This document shows positions 1 through 8,158 of a stretch of 36,948 nt of DNA, piece after piece. Both the position numbers and the translations under genes were made by a program. How positions within the stretch are numbered: the first letter of the stretch is position 1; each line of letters begins with the position of its first letter. The notes under the pieces were generated by a model, which saw only the letters and a program-made list of their open reading frames with translations, made no database searches and had not been told where the DNA came from. This stretch comes from a virus. The DNA is taken from the UHGV virus genome UHGV-0135461. The stretch is one strand, 5' to 3'.

Positions 1-87
1 AAAAAGTTACTACTTATTTAATGTGTATTAGTTGCATCTTAGATGTGCGAAAGAATACGCTCGTAAAAGATGCAGCTAATAAATATA

Positions 88-120
88 CTCCGAAAGCACC
101 GTTATTTCGGCACTTTCGGG
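88..120 (-). terminator. imperfect palindrome overlapping the integrase stop codon; possible intrinsic terminator or att-related palindrome
   Basis: The arms CCGAAAGCACCG / CGGCACTTTCGG (10 of 12 complementary) flank TTATTT. On the minus strand the structure is followed by a U-rich tract. Confidence 0.3.
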
Positions 121-1634
121 TACACATCGATTGTGAATTCAGAGTTTTTCTGGTTTTTCTTGTTCCGTTTCGTCTTAGTCAGAACAATCCTGTCAATCAG
201 CTGTCTCAAGGCGCTGTTCTTTTCCGAGATAGTCAGAGAGTCCCACTCACTCAATAAATTCTTGCACTTCGGGACGAAATTCTTCCGGTTAGCCTGTCTT
301 GCGATTGTGGTATGCAAGTCTTCCTGAGCGGTAGCGATGTTGTTCATGCAGTCTCTGATCCGCTGCTCCAACGCATTGGATCGTTCGATGAAAATCTCTT
401 TCGTGTAAATTCCCTGCTCTAAAAAATCGAATAAGGATTCTCGCTGTTTTAAAAGAGTCTGATGCTCTGTTTCAAAATTCGTGACGATCATTTCTTTTGC
501 AGCAATGGCAGCAGCGTCTTCCTCATGAGTGTCGGTAAATTCATACTTAACGATGTAGTCCTTCAGCCATTCAAGCAGAGCCTCTTCCAGTTCATCGATT
601 CGGATTCCGACTGTGGAACATTCGGTATACTGGCAGATCAGCACATCATAGGGCGTTTTTGTCTGTGCTTTTTTGCGGACCATAAGTCGGCCACATTGAG
701 AGCAACGAACCAAACCGGCAAAAAGATTCTGAATCGGTCTGTCGTTTCTGACCGGAGAGGAAAAACAGCCTTTTGGCTGATTCGCACGTTTGAATAGATC
801 TGCGCTGATGCGTGGCGCCCATTCTGCATCAGCAAGAATGTAATCCGTGGCGTTTGGCCGGGATTTTACCACGCGGCCATCCTTTACGGCTCTGACCGTT
901 TTGCGATATCCCCAGCGAACCTTTCCGATGTTGGCCGGATTTGAGATAATACCCTTGAGGGTGGAGGGGGAGAATGGCTTTCCGCTCCTTGCAAGGATTC
1001 CCATGTTGGTCATGTAAGTGCAGGCTTTCTGATATCCATACTGCTTATTTCCGCACAGATCATACATTAGATCAAGGACGGGTGCTTCTGTCTGATGTGG
1101 GGCGAGAGAGTAGTGTTTTCCATCCGGCGCAATGACGCGCTCCCATCCATAAGGGGCAACATTACCAACGTAATATCCGTCAGAACTGGAACGTTCCCTG
1201 CCACGCTGCATTCGGCGCTTGATTGTGGCGTACTCTCGGCGGCTCATAAATAAACTGAACTCAAAGTACTCATTATCATACTCATTTGCAGGATCGTAGG
1301 TTTTATTCGGTGTTACAATCCGGGTGTTGGAATAAAAAAATGCACGCTGCACACGTCCCTGATCGATCGTATCACCTCTGGCCAGACGATCTACGTCCAT
1401 TACGAGGGCACCATCCCACATACAGGCTTCTACCTCAGAGAGGACTTGCGTCATGACTGGGCGGGCATCGATACTGTCTCCGGACACAACTTCCCGGTAA
1501 ATCGCACCGATCGGAAGAGAGAGCGTCTTTGCCAACTCTAACAGGGTAGTAATGTGGCGTTCCAGAACATCAATCCCTAGCGCTTCCAGTTCGGCGTCTT
1601 TTCTTGACTTTCGTGCGTAGATAAAATAAGACAT
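102..1634 (-). CDS. large serine recombinase (prophage integrase)
   Basis: 510 aa. The N-terminal resolvase-type catalytic domain (YARKSRKD with Ser10, SG..RP, DRLARG) is followed by a recombinase domain and a C-terminal Cys cluster (CSQCG...CQYTEC) zinc ribbon. It sits at the prophage edge. Confidence 0.9.
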   Translation of the reverse strand: MSYFIYARKSRKDAELEALGIDVLERHITTLLELAKTLSLPIGAIYREVVSGDSIDARPVMTQVLSEVEACMWDGALVMDVDRLARGDTIDQGRVQRAFFYSNTRIVTPNKTYDPANEYDNEYFEFSLFMSRREYATIKRRMQRGRERSSSDGYYVGNVAPYGWERVIAPDGKHYSLAPHQTEAPVLDLMYDLCGNKQYGYQKACTYMTNMGILARSGKPFSPSTLKGIISNPANIGKVRWGYRKTVRAVKDGRVVKSRPNATDYILADAEWAPRISADLFKRANQPKGCFSSPVRNDRPIQNLFAGLVRCSQCGRLMVRKKAQTKTPYDVLICQYTECSTVGIRIDELEEALLEWLKDYIVKYEFTDTHEEDAAAIAAKEMIVTNFETEHQTLLKQRESLFDFLEQGIYTKEIFIERSNALEQRIRDCMNNIATAQEDLHTTIARQANRKNFVPKCKNLLSEWDSLTISEKNSALRQLIDRIVLTKTKRNKKNQKNSEFTIDVYPKVPK

Positions 1635-1807
1635 TGTATCACACTCCTATGTAATTGTATTTAAATTTGGGTACAAAAATAACAGCCAGCGCAAAACATA
1701 TGTTCCGCTTGCAAGCTGTTTCCGAAGATGATACAATATTCTTGGATTTTAATCGCATATCTTCGGGTATGTAGACCGTCTCTGTTGGCGCAGGGGCGGT
1801 TTTTATT

Positions 1808-2833
1808 TTATTGTGGTGGATGGCAAATGCCGCACGGTTCATAAACCCCGCGTACCTCAGATAGATGCTTTTCTATCTTAGATTTTAAAGTTCTGCATCC
1901 AGCGCTATGATACTTGGCTCCAGTGTTTGTTATATACACGATGGGATCATCTTGGCTTTGCTGTGCAGCCTGTTCTTGCGCTGCTTGTGCTGCAGCTTGC
2001 TCTTGTGCAATCCTTTCTTGTTCAGCAGCGGCAGCCTGTTCTTGCTCAATTCTTGCCTGTTCAGCAGCCTGAGCTTCCTGCTCAAGTCGTATTCTCTCTT
2101 CTTCCTCAGCCTTTAATCTTGCTTCTTCTTCCGGGTCTACAACTGTAATATTTTTCGAACTACTCTTAATGTCTCCGTTCGCCGTGAAAAATAGTGCTGT
2201 ATCACCGGAATTTTCGAATGTAATAATTGCTTTTCCGTCCTCATATTTAAGAGTTGCAATGCCGTTTTTCGACAGTTCTAACTCTTCGATTTTCGCATCT
2301 GACGGACTCGGCGTAATCCTTACTTCTGTTACATCGCCTACGTTAAATCTATCCTTCCCCCAATCTACCGATATAGAGTTTAATTCCGGCGTGGAACCTA
2401 ACCATATAAATACTATCAGAGATGTAGCAAATACAACTAAGCATATTATGGTATTTCTGACTCTATAAGGCCGGAATTTTTTGGATGCAATGCAGTATAT
2501 CAAAATCGGTATAGCAGGTATCCAAAAAAGTGAATACGCCGCAAGTGCGATAGATATCATTATAAGTAAGACGATAGATGCAAGACACCCTCCACCACTT
2601 GTGTTTGATGTTTTTCTCATTGTTTTTCCTTTGTCTTCCTTTGTTTTTCCGTTCTCTGTTTCTGTGTAGTACAGTCCACTCCCTGGAATTCCAAAACTCT
2701 TCGTTCTCTTCCCATTGGAATTAACTGTGTAATGCATTCCTTTTCCTCCGAATGTAAAGCTATGACTATTTTTATTAAGATTAAACTTTACACCTGGAGC
2801 GATTTTAAAACTCTTCCTGAAACGTAATCCCAT
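1808..2833 (-). CDS. DUF4236-like N-terminal domain membrane protein with coiled-coil and C-terminal Cys/His motif (function unknown)
   Basis: 341 aa. The N-terminus MGLRFRKSFKIAPGVKFNLNK...FGGKG is a DUF4236-type motif. Two or three hydrophobic helices lie at aa 83-145. An E/Q/A-rich coiled coil (aa 234-293) precedes the C-terminal YITNTGAKYHSAGCRTL...PCGICHP motif. Confidence 0.8.
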   Translation of the reverse strand: MGLRFRKSFKIAPGVKFNLNKNSHSFTFGGKGMHYTVNSNGKRTKSFGIPGSGLYYTETENGKTKEDKGKTMRKTSNTSGGGCLASIVLLIMISIALAAYSLFWIPAIPILIYCIASKKFRPYRVRNTIICLVVFATSLIVFIWLGSTPELNSISVDWGKDRFNVGDVTEVRITPSPSDAKIEELELSKNGIATLKYEDGKAIITFENSGDTALFFTANGDIKSSSKNITVVDPEEEARLKAEEEERIRLEQEAQAAEQARIEQEQAAAAEQERIAQEQAAAQAAQEQAAQQSQDDPIVYITNTGAKYHSAGCRTLKSKIEKHLSEVRGVYEPCGICHPPQ

Positions 2834-2911
2834 TCCTTTTCTATTTCACCCTCTTTTCTCTTCTGCACATTTTCCCACAACTTATATATAAACGCCGAAG
2901 CGGTTATATCA

Positions 2912-2941
2912 TTTCCAGTATTTCCCTGTAGTTTCCAGTAT
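2912..2941. promoter_or_regulatory. three tandem 10-bp repeats (TTTCCAGTAT / TTCCCTGTAG / TTTCCAGTAT) in a divergent promoter region
   Basis: Direct repeats with a 10-bp period between the minus-strand membrane-protein gene and the plus-strand HTH gene. A TATACT -10-like hexamer sits at 2947-2952. Confidence 0.4.
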
Positions 2942-2966
2942 CGGAATATACTACAATTAAAATGTT

Positions 2967-3164
2967 ATGAAGATACTACTCGATAAGATCATGCACGATA
3001 AAAACCTATCTACTCGGCAAGTATCCATTGCGACCGGAATATCAAAATCAACCGTCAGTCGCATTGCAAACGGTGAAATATCACCGACAGCTGACACACT
3101 GGAATTGCTTGCTAAGGGCTTAAAAGTCCGAATTTCTGACCTTATCGACTCTCCATACCAATAA
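2967..3164 (+). CDS. XRE-family helix-turn-helix transcriptional regulator
   Basis: 65 aa. The HTH is LSTRQVSIATGISKSTVSRIANGE. There is no obvious SD and the leader is short (near-leaderless). Confidence 0.8.
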   Translation: MKILLDKIMHDKNLSTRQVSIATGISKSTVSRIANGEISPTADTLELLAKGLKVRISDLIDSPYQ

Positions 3165-3264
3165 GTGTCCCAGATCTGGGACGATTGTCCATTTTTGCGT
3201 TAGTTTCCCGAATTTTAACTGTTTACTTAATAGAGGGCAAAATATTGCCATAAAATAACAGAAC

Positions 3265-3335
3265 AAATGTTCGAACAAAATATTGATTTTTGCCTCCTGA
3301 GATAGTATTATATGTTCAGGGATTTCGAACAAGTG
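3265..3335. promoter_or_regulatory. two distal copies of the TTCGAACAA operator motif
   Basis: GTTCGAAC at 3269-3276 and TTCGAAC at 3324-3330 match the operator half-sites in the cI-cro intergenic region ~600 bp away. Confidence 0.35.
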
Positions 3336-3463
3336 TTTTTGCAGTTAGGGGGATCGCGAAATGGATTACAAAAACAAGATTATCGAACTTATCAACGGTA
3401 TAAGTAATACTGCAAAATTAGAGTATCTTTATTACGTGATAAGATCATTTCTTAAAGGGTAGG

Positions 3464-3808
3464 CTATTGCTTACCCTTTTTAGAAAGCGATTCGATAAGA
3501 TGCTTTATGGCTTCCTTGTCGGATTCATCTAAAGAATAGTAACAAGATATCATATTGATAATCTCTTGATCTTTCATTATTCGTCCAACTAATGTTCCAC
3601 TTTCTTCTCTGGAATAATTTCCAAAAAAGTCGTTTGGTATCATTTCCAGCACTTCACATAATCTTTCTATAGTATCAGCGTCTGGTTTATTCTTATTATT
3701 TTCCCAATCGCTTATTGAATTATGTTTTGCACCTATTAAATTCGCAAGTTCTTTTTGAGTCATGTTTTTCTTTTTTCTGTATTCCTTTATTTTCTCTCCT
3801 AAACTCAT
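3464..3808 (-). CDS. CI-like phage repressor (XRE HTH, no peptidase domain)
   Basis: The start was moved to the MSLGEKIK ATG, which has an AAGGAGG SD 7 nt upstream. The N-terminal HTH is MTQKELANLIGAKHNSISDWEN. The C-terminus has no S24 LexA-like motif. Confidence 0.85.
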   Translation of the reverse strand: MSLGEKIKEYRKKKNMTQKELANLIGAKHNSISDWENNKNKPDADTIERLCEVLEMIPNDFFGNYSREESGTLVGRIMKDQEIINMISCYYSLDESDKEAIKHLIESLSKKGKQ

Positions 3809-3869
3809 TATGCTTCCTCCTTGCATTTTCTATATTAACACATAGAAATTATATTTTCAACAAAAAAAG

Positions 3870-3945
3870 TTCGAAAAAATCGAAATTTTAGTGTTGACAT
3901 TCGAATAATTCGAAGTTATAATGAAATTAGTTCGAACGAATCGAA
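3870..3945. promoter_or_regulatory. cI-cro divergent promoter/operator region with three tandem operators and a sigma-70 promoter for cro
   Basis: Three TTCGAA-N3-TCGAA pairs (3870-3884, 3900-3914, 3931-3945) sit at a ~30 bp period. The cro promoter has TTGACA at 3894-3899, a 17-bp spacer and TATAAT at 3917-3922, with O2 in the spacer. A weak minus-strand promoter (TATAAT complement at 3848-3853) serves cI. Confidence 0.6.
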
Positions 3946-3967
3946 AAATGAAAGAGGTGATTACGGA

Positions 3968-4171
3968 ATGTGTGTAGGTGAAAGAATTAAAGCTTACATG
4001 GACGAAAAGGGAATTAAGCAGGTTTTTGTATCACGAAAAACAGGGATACCAAAAGAAAAACTTTGTTCATCATTAAATGGAAATAGGAAATTGCAATTTG
4101 AAGAATATGAGCTGATCTGCGGAGCACTTGAAGTGAATACGGACAAGTTTATTAAACCGAAGAAATTGTAA
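3968..4171 (+). CDS. Cro-like XRE HTH regulator
   Basis: 67 aa, HTH QVFVSRKTGIPKEKLCSSLNG. The gene is divergent from the repressor. Confidence 0.8.
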   Translation: MCVGERIKAYMDEKGIKQVFVSRKTGIPKEKLCSSLNGNRKLQFEEYELICGALEVNTDKFIKPKKL

Positions 4172-4182
4172 AGGAGAAAAAG

Positions 4183-4332
4183 ATGTCTAAGAAAACTCAA
4201 AAAAGTTTGTATGAAGAAATGGTAGAAGATTTATCGAAGTTCGTTATTCGCACTGCGAACAAGGATAACCCAACACCAGAAGAGCTTATAGCAATGACTG
4301 AAATGGCAAAAATGCTATTCAGGACAATTTAA
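4183..4332 (+). CDS. hypothetical small protein (49 aa)
   Basis: AAGGAG SD at a good spacing. The protein is MSKKTQKSLYEEMVEDLSKF... Confidence 0.5.
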   Translation: MSKKTQKSLYEEMVEDLSKFVIRTANKDNPTPEELIAMTEMAKMLFRTI

Positions 4333-4334
4333 AA

Positions 4335-4356
4335 GTCCTGAGTATAAACTCAGGAC
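4335..4356 (-). terminator. hairpin GTCCTGAGT-ATAA-ACTCAGGAC; intrinsic terminator for the minus-strand small gene (possibly bidirectional)
   Basis: Perfect 9-bp stem. A U-run follows on the minus strand (plus 4325-4334 is caatttaaaa). Confidence 0.5.
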
Positions 4357-4362
4357 AAAAGA

Positions 4363-4497
4363 CTAATGGCTTGTACTTTTATGGTTTGCAAGGATTGTTC
4401 CTGCTTTAGATTTTGCGGAAGCTGATTTGCTTGTGGAAAGAGTTTTTCCAGCTTTGCTGACTTTAGCAGATGGCTTGCATGATTTTCCTTTTGCCAT
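4363..4497 (-). CDS. small lysine/serine-rich protein (44 aa)
   Basis: MAKGKSCKPSAKVSKAGKTLSTSKSASAKSKAGTILANHKSTSH. It has a GGTGGTG SD and its own terminator. I prefer it over the overlapping 67-aa ORF at 4350-4553. Confidence 0.4.
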   Translation of the reverse strand: MAKGKSCKPSAKVSKAGKTLSTSKSASAKSKAGTILANHKSTSH

Positions 4498-4703
4498 ATA
4501 TTCACCACCTTTCTTATTAAAAATGAGATACCTCTAGTAAGATGGTACAACACAATATATGGAAAGTCAAATAAAAATCACGAAAAACACAATATAAAGT
4601 ACGAAACATATGTTTTTGCACAATATTTAGTGAATAGTACAACCTTGATATTATACCACTTTTTGTATAAAAATCAAGAAAATCACAATATATAGGAGGA
4701 ATA

Positions 4704-5465
4704 ATGAACAATTTAACAGTAATTGAAAACGAACTTGTCCCAGTATACGAGACAAGCACAGGAGAAAAAGTAGTATATGGCTCAGAACTGCATGAAGTTC
4801 TGGGAGCACCAAGTGTTTACCGCGAATGGGTGAAACGCAGATTATCAGACATTGATGCTATAGAAAATGAAGATTTTCAAGGCGTAGAAATTTCTACACC
4901 TTCCGGTCAGACTAAAAAAGACCATATCATCAAACTGGATGCTGCCAAAGAAATGGCAATGCTTGAGCGGAATGAAAAAGGAAAGCAAGTACGCAGATAT
5001 TTCATTCGGGTAGAAAAGAAATACAAAGCGGCATCTCTTGCCACACAAGAGCTCTCACCGCAGTTGCAGGTCATGATTAACTTGGAAATTGAGCAGAAGC
5101 GTCAGGCAGAGAAGCTTGAGCACGTGGAAGAACGGATTGAAAGCATCCGTGAGGTTGTTGCAATCGATACAACATCATGGAGAGAAGATACCGGAAGAAT
5201 CTTGAGAAAAATTGGTATGGAGTGCGGAGACAGCAAGTCTTATCAAGATGTAAGGGCAGAATCCTATCAGTTGTTAGAAAAACGTATGGGAGTGAATGTA
5301 AAGCAGAGACTTACAAACAAACGTAGAAGAATGGCAGATGAGGGTGTTTGCAAATCCAGAAGAGACAAATTGAATTATCTTGATGTGATTGCTGATGATA
5401 AGAAACTGATTGAGGGATATACGGCTATCGTAAAAGAGTTGGCTATTAAATACGGAGTGGCGTAG
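4704..5465 (+). CDS. phage antirepressor, AntA/AntB N-terminal domain
   Basis: 253 aa. The N-terminus LVPVYETSTGEKVVYGSELHEVLG...YREWVKRRL...ENEDF matches the AntA domain pattern. The C-terminus is a charged coiled coil. The SD is strong. Confidence 0.75.
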   Translation: MNNLTVIENELVPVYETSTGEKVVYGSELHEVLGAPSVYREWVKRRLSDIDAIENEDFQGVEISTPSGQTKKDHIIKLDAAKEMAMLERNEKGKQVRRYFIRVEKKYKAASLATQELSPQLQVMINLEIEQKRQAEKLEHVEERIESIREVVAIDTTSWREDTGRILRKIGMECGDSKSYQDVRAESYQLLEKRMGVNVKQRLTNKRRRMADEGVCKSRRDKLNYLDVIADDKKLIEGYTAIVKELAIKYGVA

Positions 5466-5479
5466 CAGGGAGGATTGAC

Positions 5480-5665
5480 ATGGAAATTGTAATAGCAAGC
5501 ATCATCTGCTCGATCATAACATCAATCGTTACAAGTCTTGTAGTGACACGGGAGTCTATGAGTATTATCCAAAAGGCTGTTGATCATTTGCTTGATGTCA
5601 ACATGGACTTTGTTACCGATGTGACAAACATGATAATTGATAGATTTGGAACGAAGCGTAAATAA
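5480..5665 (+). CDS. small hydrophobic protein (61 aa)
   Basis: The N-terminal TM is IVIASIICSIITSIVTSLVV. Confidence 0.45.
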   Translation: MEIVIASIICSIITSIVTSLVVTRESMSIIQKAVDHLLDVNMDFVTDVTNMIIDRFGTKRK

Positions 5666-5721
5666 GATTAAATGGACAACATACCTTGGACAATCCAACC
5701 TGCATACATAGTAGAGAGGTG

Positions 5722-5880
5722 ATGATTTTGATCGTAGAAACAGTAAAAGTAAAAAATGCAACAATCCGAGTACATGATGATTGTTATGTGGATCGCACAG
5801 AAGAGGAAGTTAAAAAACTTATAGATGGATGTTGCCGGATTATTCAGGGAGCATTGATACGAAAAGAGAAAACCGCTTAG
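5722..5880 (+). CDS. hypothetical protein (start uncertain)
   Basis: MILIVETVKVKNATIRVHDDCYVDRTEEEVKKLIDGCCRII. A GAGAGG motif lies upstream. The ORF extends to 5686. Confidence 0.4.
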   Translation: MILIVETVKVKNATIRVHDDCYVDRTEEEVKKLIDGCCRIIQGALIRKEKTA

Positions 5881-5902
5881 GCGGTAGATGGGAGGACAAG
5901 CT

Positions 5903-6088
5903 ATGAAAGTTAAAGGAACTTACCACTGCCAGACTACCAACCACCCCAACGCTTTAAACAGTTGGGATATCCGCTCCGTATCTGTTGAGTTACCGGAGCA
6001 GTACAAGCCTTACTGGCACAAGGTTGCAGCAGCTGTGATCGGGTTCGTGCTGGCGGTGATCGGGTGGTGGTTGGTGTTTGGGTATTAA
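5903..6088 (+). CDS. small membrane protein (62 aa)
   Basis: GGGAGGA SD. The C-terminal TM is AAAVIGFVLAVIGWWLVFGY. Confidence 0.5.
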   Translation: MKVKGTYHCQTTNHPNALNSWDIRSVSVELPEQYKPYWHKVAAAVIGFVLAVIGWWLVFGY

Positions 6089-6175
6089 AAATGAGCACCT
6101 ACAAAAAGGCTGGGGAGCCGTAGGTACTCAGGAAAAAATACGATTCTATATTAACATATTTTAGGAGGATAAGCA

Positions 6176-6334
6176 ATGGATAACAATAAAATTTATGTAA
6201 GCGAACAGGAATATGCCCGTCTTTGTAGATTAGATGGGAAGATGGATGCGTTAATTGGATTCTTGTCGTTCGTAGAAGGAAATTTTGTGGACGCAGATAG
6301 TATAAAAGCAATTATCGGCATGGAGGAAGAATGA
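6176..6334 (+). CDS. hypothetical protein (52 aa)
   Basis: Perfect AGGAGG SD. MDNNKIYVSEQEYARLCRLDGK... The stop overlaps the next start (ATGATG). Confidence 0.5.
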   Translation: MDNNKIYVSEQEYARLCRLDGKMDALIGFLSFVEGNFVDADSIKAIIGMEEE

Positions 6335-6516
6335 TGTATGTAGGTATCGGACCGGAGAAAGACACGGTAGTAACGGATGACCAAGCATTTGATTACGCAC
6401 TGGAAAGATGCTTGCATGGAACACCGGATGACCAGGAAGAGTTTAAAACAATGCTGGTGGAATGGTTTTACTCCGGGAATTGGGTAAAGGAAGAAAGCGA
6501 GGAAACCTATGCTTAA
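6331..6516 (+). CDS. hypothetical acidic protein (61 aa)
   Basis: Translationally coupled to the flanking ORFs. Confidence 0.5.
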   Translation: MMYVGIGPEKDTVVTDDQAFDYALERCLHGTPDDQEEFKTMLVEWFYSGNWVKEESEETYA

Positions 6517-7129
6517 AAGCTATGAAGAAATGAGGAAAGTAGATGTAAAACCATACCTCGAAAAAAGAGATGGTATGGACTATTTAAATTGGGCAATGTG
6601 CATTGATTTATTACATAAAAATGGGGCTGAAAATGTTTATTTCACTCCGATTCCAGACCCAGAAACAGGAAGTAGCCTAAGGATGACAAAAGCGGTGTTT
6701 AAAGATAAAAACGGAGTTGAAAATAGATGTTACGAGACCAGAATCCGCGTTGTGATAGATGATCAAGTGTACGAGATGCAAACTCCTGTGATGAATGGGG
6801 CGAACCCTGTAAAAGACAACTCTATGAGCCAGCAAAGAGTCTGGAACAGCATGTGTAGGGCATTTGTAAAGTGCGTGGCAATACATACCGGCTTAGGTTT
6901 CGATTTGTGGCTTAAAGAGGAATATAACAAGATGTATGCTCAAATACCAGAAACAGGAGAAAACAGAGCGTCTGAAGTGAAAATCAAGACACTTAAGAAT
7001 TTATGCGTATCTCACGGTATCAATCTTGAACGATGGTTGAGAGAAAACAATAGGACAGAGCAGACACTTACCGAGATAGAAGCTGCAACAATGCTAAGCA
7101 CAATAAAAAATAAATACGGTGATGATTGA
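6509..7129 (+). CDS. Rad52/Sak-type single-strand annealing protein (DUF1071-like)
   Basis: 206 aa. Motifs YLNWAMCIDLL...NGANPV...SQQRVWNSMCRAFVKCVAIHTGLGFDLW resemble the Rad52-family annealase core. It lies next to NinB and RusA homologues. Confidence 0.55.
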   Translation: MLKSYEEMRKVDVKPYLEKRDGMDYLNWAMCIDLLHKNGAENVYFTPIPDPETGSSLRMTKAVFKDKNGVENRCYETRIRVVIDDQVYEMQTPVMNGANPVKDNSMSQQRVWNSMCRAFVKCVAIHTGLGFDLWLKEEYNKMYAQIPETGENRASEVKIKTLKNLCVSHGINLERWLRENNRTEQTLTEIEAATMLSTIKNKYGDD

Positions 7130-7668
7130 TGAAATTTACAGGAAGATTAAAAGGTTGTTTGATAGATTGCCACACTATCCTATTCGAATCCGCAGAGGAC
7201 TTCCGACAAGCCTACGATGAACTGAAAGATTATGAGAAATTAACGCTTGAAATAAAGCCGTACAGAGCAAAGAGAAGCCTTGACGCGAACTCTTATTTGT
7301 GGGTGTTACTCGATAAATTAGCGGAAAAGTTGGATATCACCAGGTGGCAAGCGTACCTAAATGAATTAAAATCCCACGGTGCTTTCGAGTATATACCACT
7401 CCGAGAAAAAGACATCTATCTGGCACAGTCAGTGTTCCGAATTGTGATAGATCGTGGAGCACAGGAAGTAAAAGACCTAAAAGGTAGGGCTGAAACATTA
7501 CACACTCTGCAATGCTACAAAGGGTCAAGCAAGTATAACACCAAGGAAATGAGCAGACTCATCAAAGGCGTGCTGGAAGATTGCAGAGAGGTTGGAATAC
7601 CAGATGCAGACCTTTTGACCCCAGATGAAAAAGAAGAGCTTAGACAAAAATGGGGGATTGAACTGTGA
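7129..7668 (+). CDS. NinB/Orf-like recombination mediator
   Basis: KRSLDANSYLWVLLDKLAEKL matches the lambda NinB RSLDQNRKLW signature. The gene is coupled to its neighbours. Confidence 0.55.
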   Translation: MKFTGRLKGCLIDCHTILFESAEDFRQAYDELKDYEKLTLEIKPYRAKRSLDANSYLWVLLDKLAEKLDITRWQAYLNELKSHGAFEYIPLREKDIYLAQSVFRIVIDRGAQEVKDLKGRAETLHTLQCYKGSSKYNTKEMSRLIKGVLEDCREVGIPDADLLTPDEKEELRQKWGIEL

Positions 7669-8045
7669 GTATTGATTACAGTGACATGGCATTCCCAAAG
7701 CCGAAGCGAAAGAAAAAGAAAAAAGGTCATCAAAGAGCATCCGGCAGACCAAAGAAGCTGTGGAGCATATTTACAGAGGACATGGATCACTGTATGTACA
7801 CCGGAGCTTACGGAGTGGAGCGTCATCATATTTTTAGCCACACATCAAGAGAAATTGAGCTTTCGGAAGATTACGGATTCATAGCTCCATTGAGACCGGA
7901 TCTGCATCCAAACGGAACGAAAGCCAGTAAACAAGCAGTGAGAGTAGATCGAGAATTAAGAAAACGCTGTAAGGAGTATTATTTGCAGCACTACGGAACA
8001 GAAGAGCAGTTCCGACAAGAATTTCACTATGTTAGTAAGGGTTAA
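7665..8045 (+). CDS. hypothetical basic protein with degenerate HNH-like motif
   Basis: GTG start with a GGGGGA SD. Lys-rich N-terminus (KPKRKKKKKG). The motif is CMYTGAYGVERHHIF...LHPNG. Confidence 0.45.
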   Translation: MSIDYSDMAFPKPKRKKKKKGHQRASGRPKKLWSIFTEDMDHCMYTGAYGVERHHIFSHTSREIELSEDYGFIAPLRPDLHPNGTKASKQAVRVDRELRKRCKEYYLQHYGTEEQFRQEFHYVSKG

Positions 8046-8158
8046 ACCTTTGCTATAAATTGTAACCCGTTCATGGCTGCTGTGTAGTACGTCACAAATA
8101 CCTTAAGTAAGCCAGATTCATTGTCTCCCGGTAACTCCGGGAGCAGAAAGGAGAACGA

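Noticed and set aside
1639-1842. 67-aa minus ORF in the integrase upstream region
   Set aside because: No SD. It overlaps the 3' end of the DUF4236 gene and the int promoter, so it is likely non-coding.
3870-3947. GTTCGAA motifs checked as possible tRNA T-arm (GTTCGAATC) signatures
   Set aside because: There is no acceptor or anticodon stem context. The motifs repeat at operator-like spacing in the promoter region. No tRNA was found anywhere in the window.
4350-4553. 67-aa minus-strand ORF from the ORF track
   Set aside because: No SD and a poor start context. The alternative 44-aa frame on the same strand has a clear SD and terminator and fits better.
8125-8143. Hairpin CTCCCGG-taact-CCGGGAG upstream of rusA
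   Set aside because: No U-run follows on either strand and it sits just before the rusA SD. It is probably a minor RNA structure, not a terminator.
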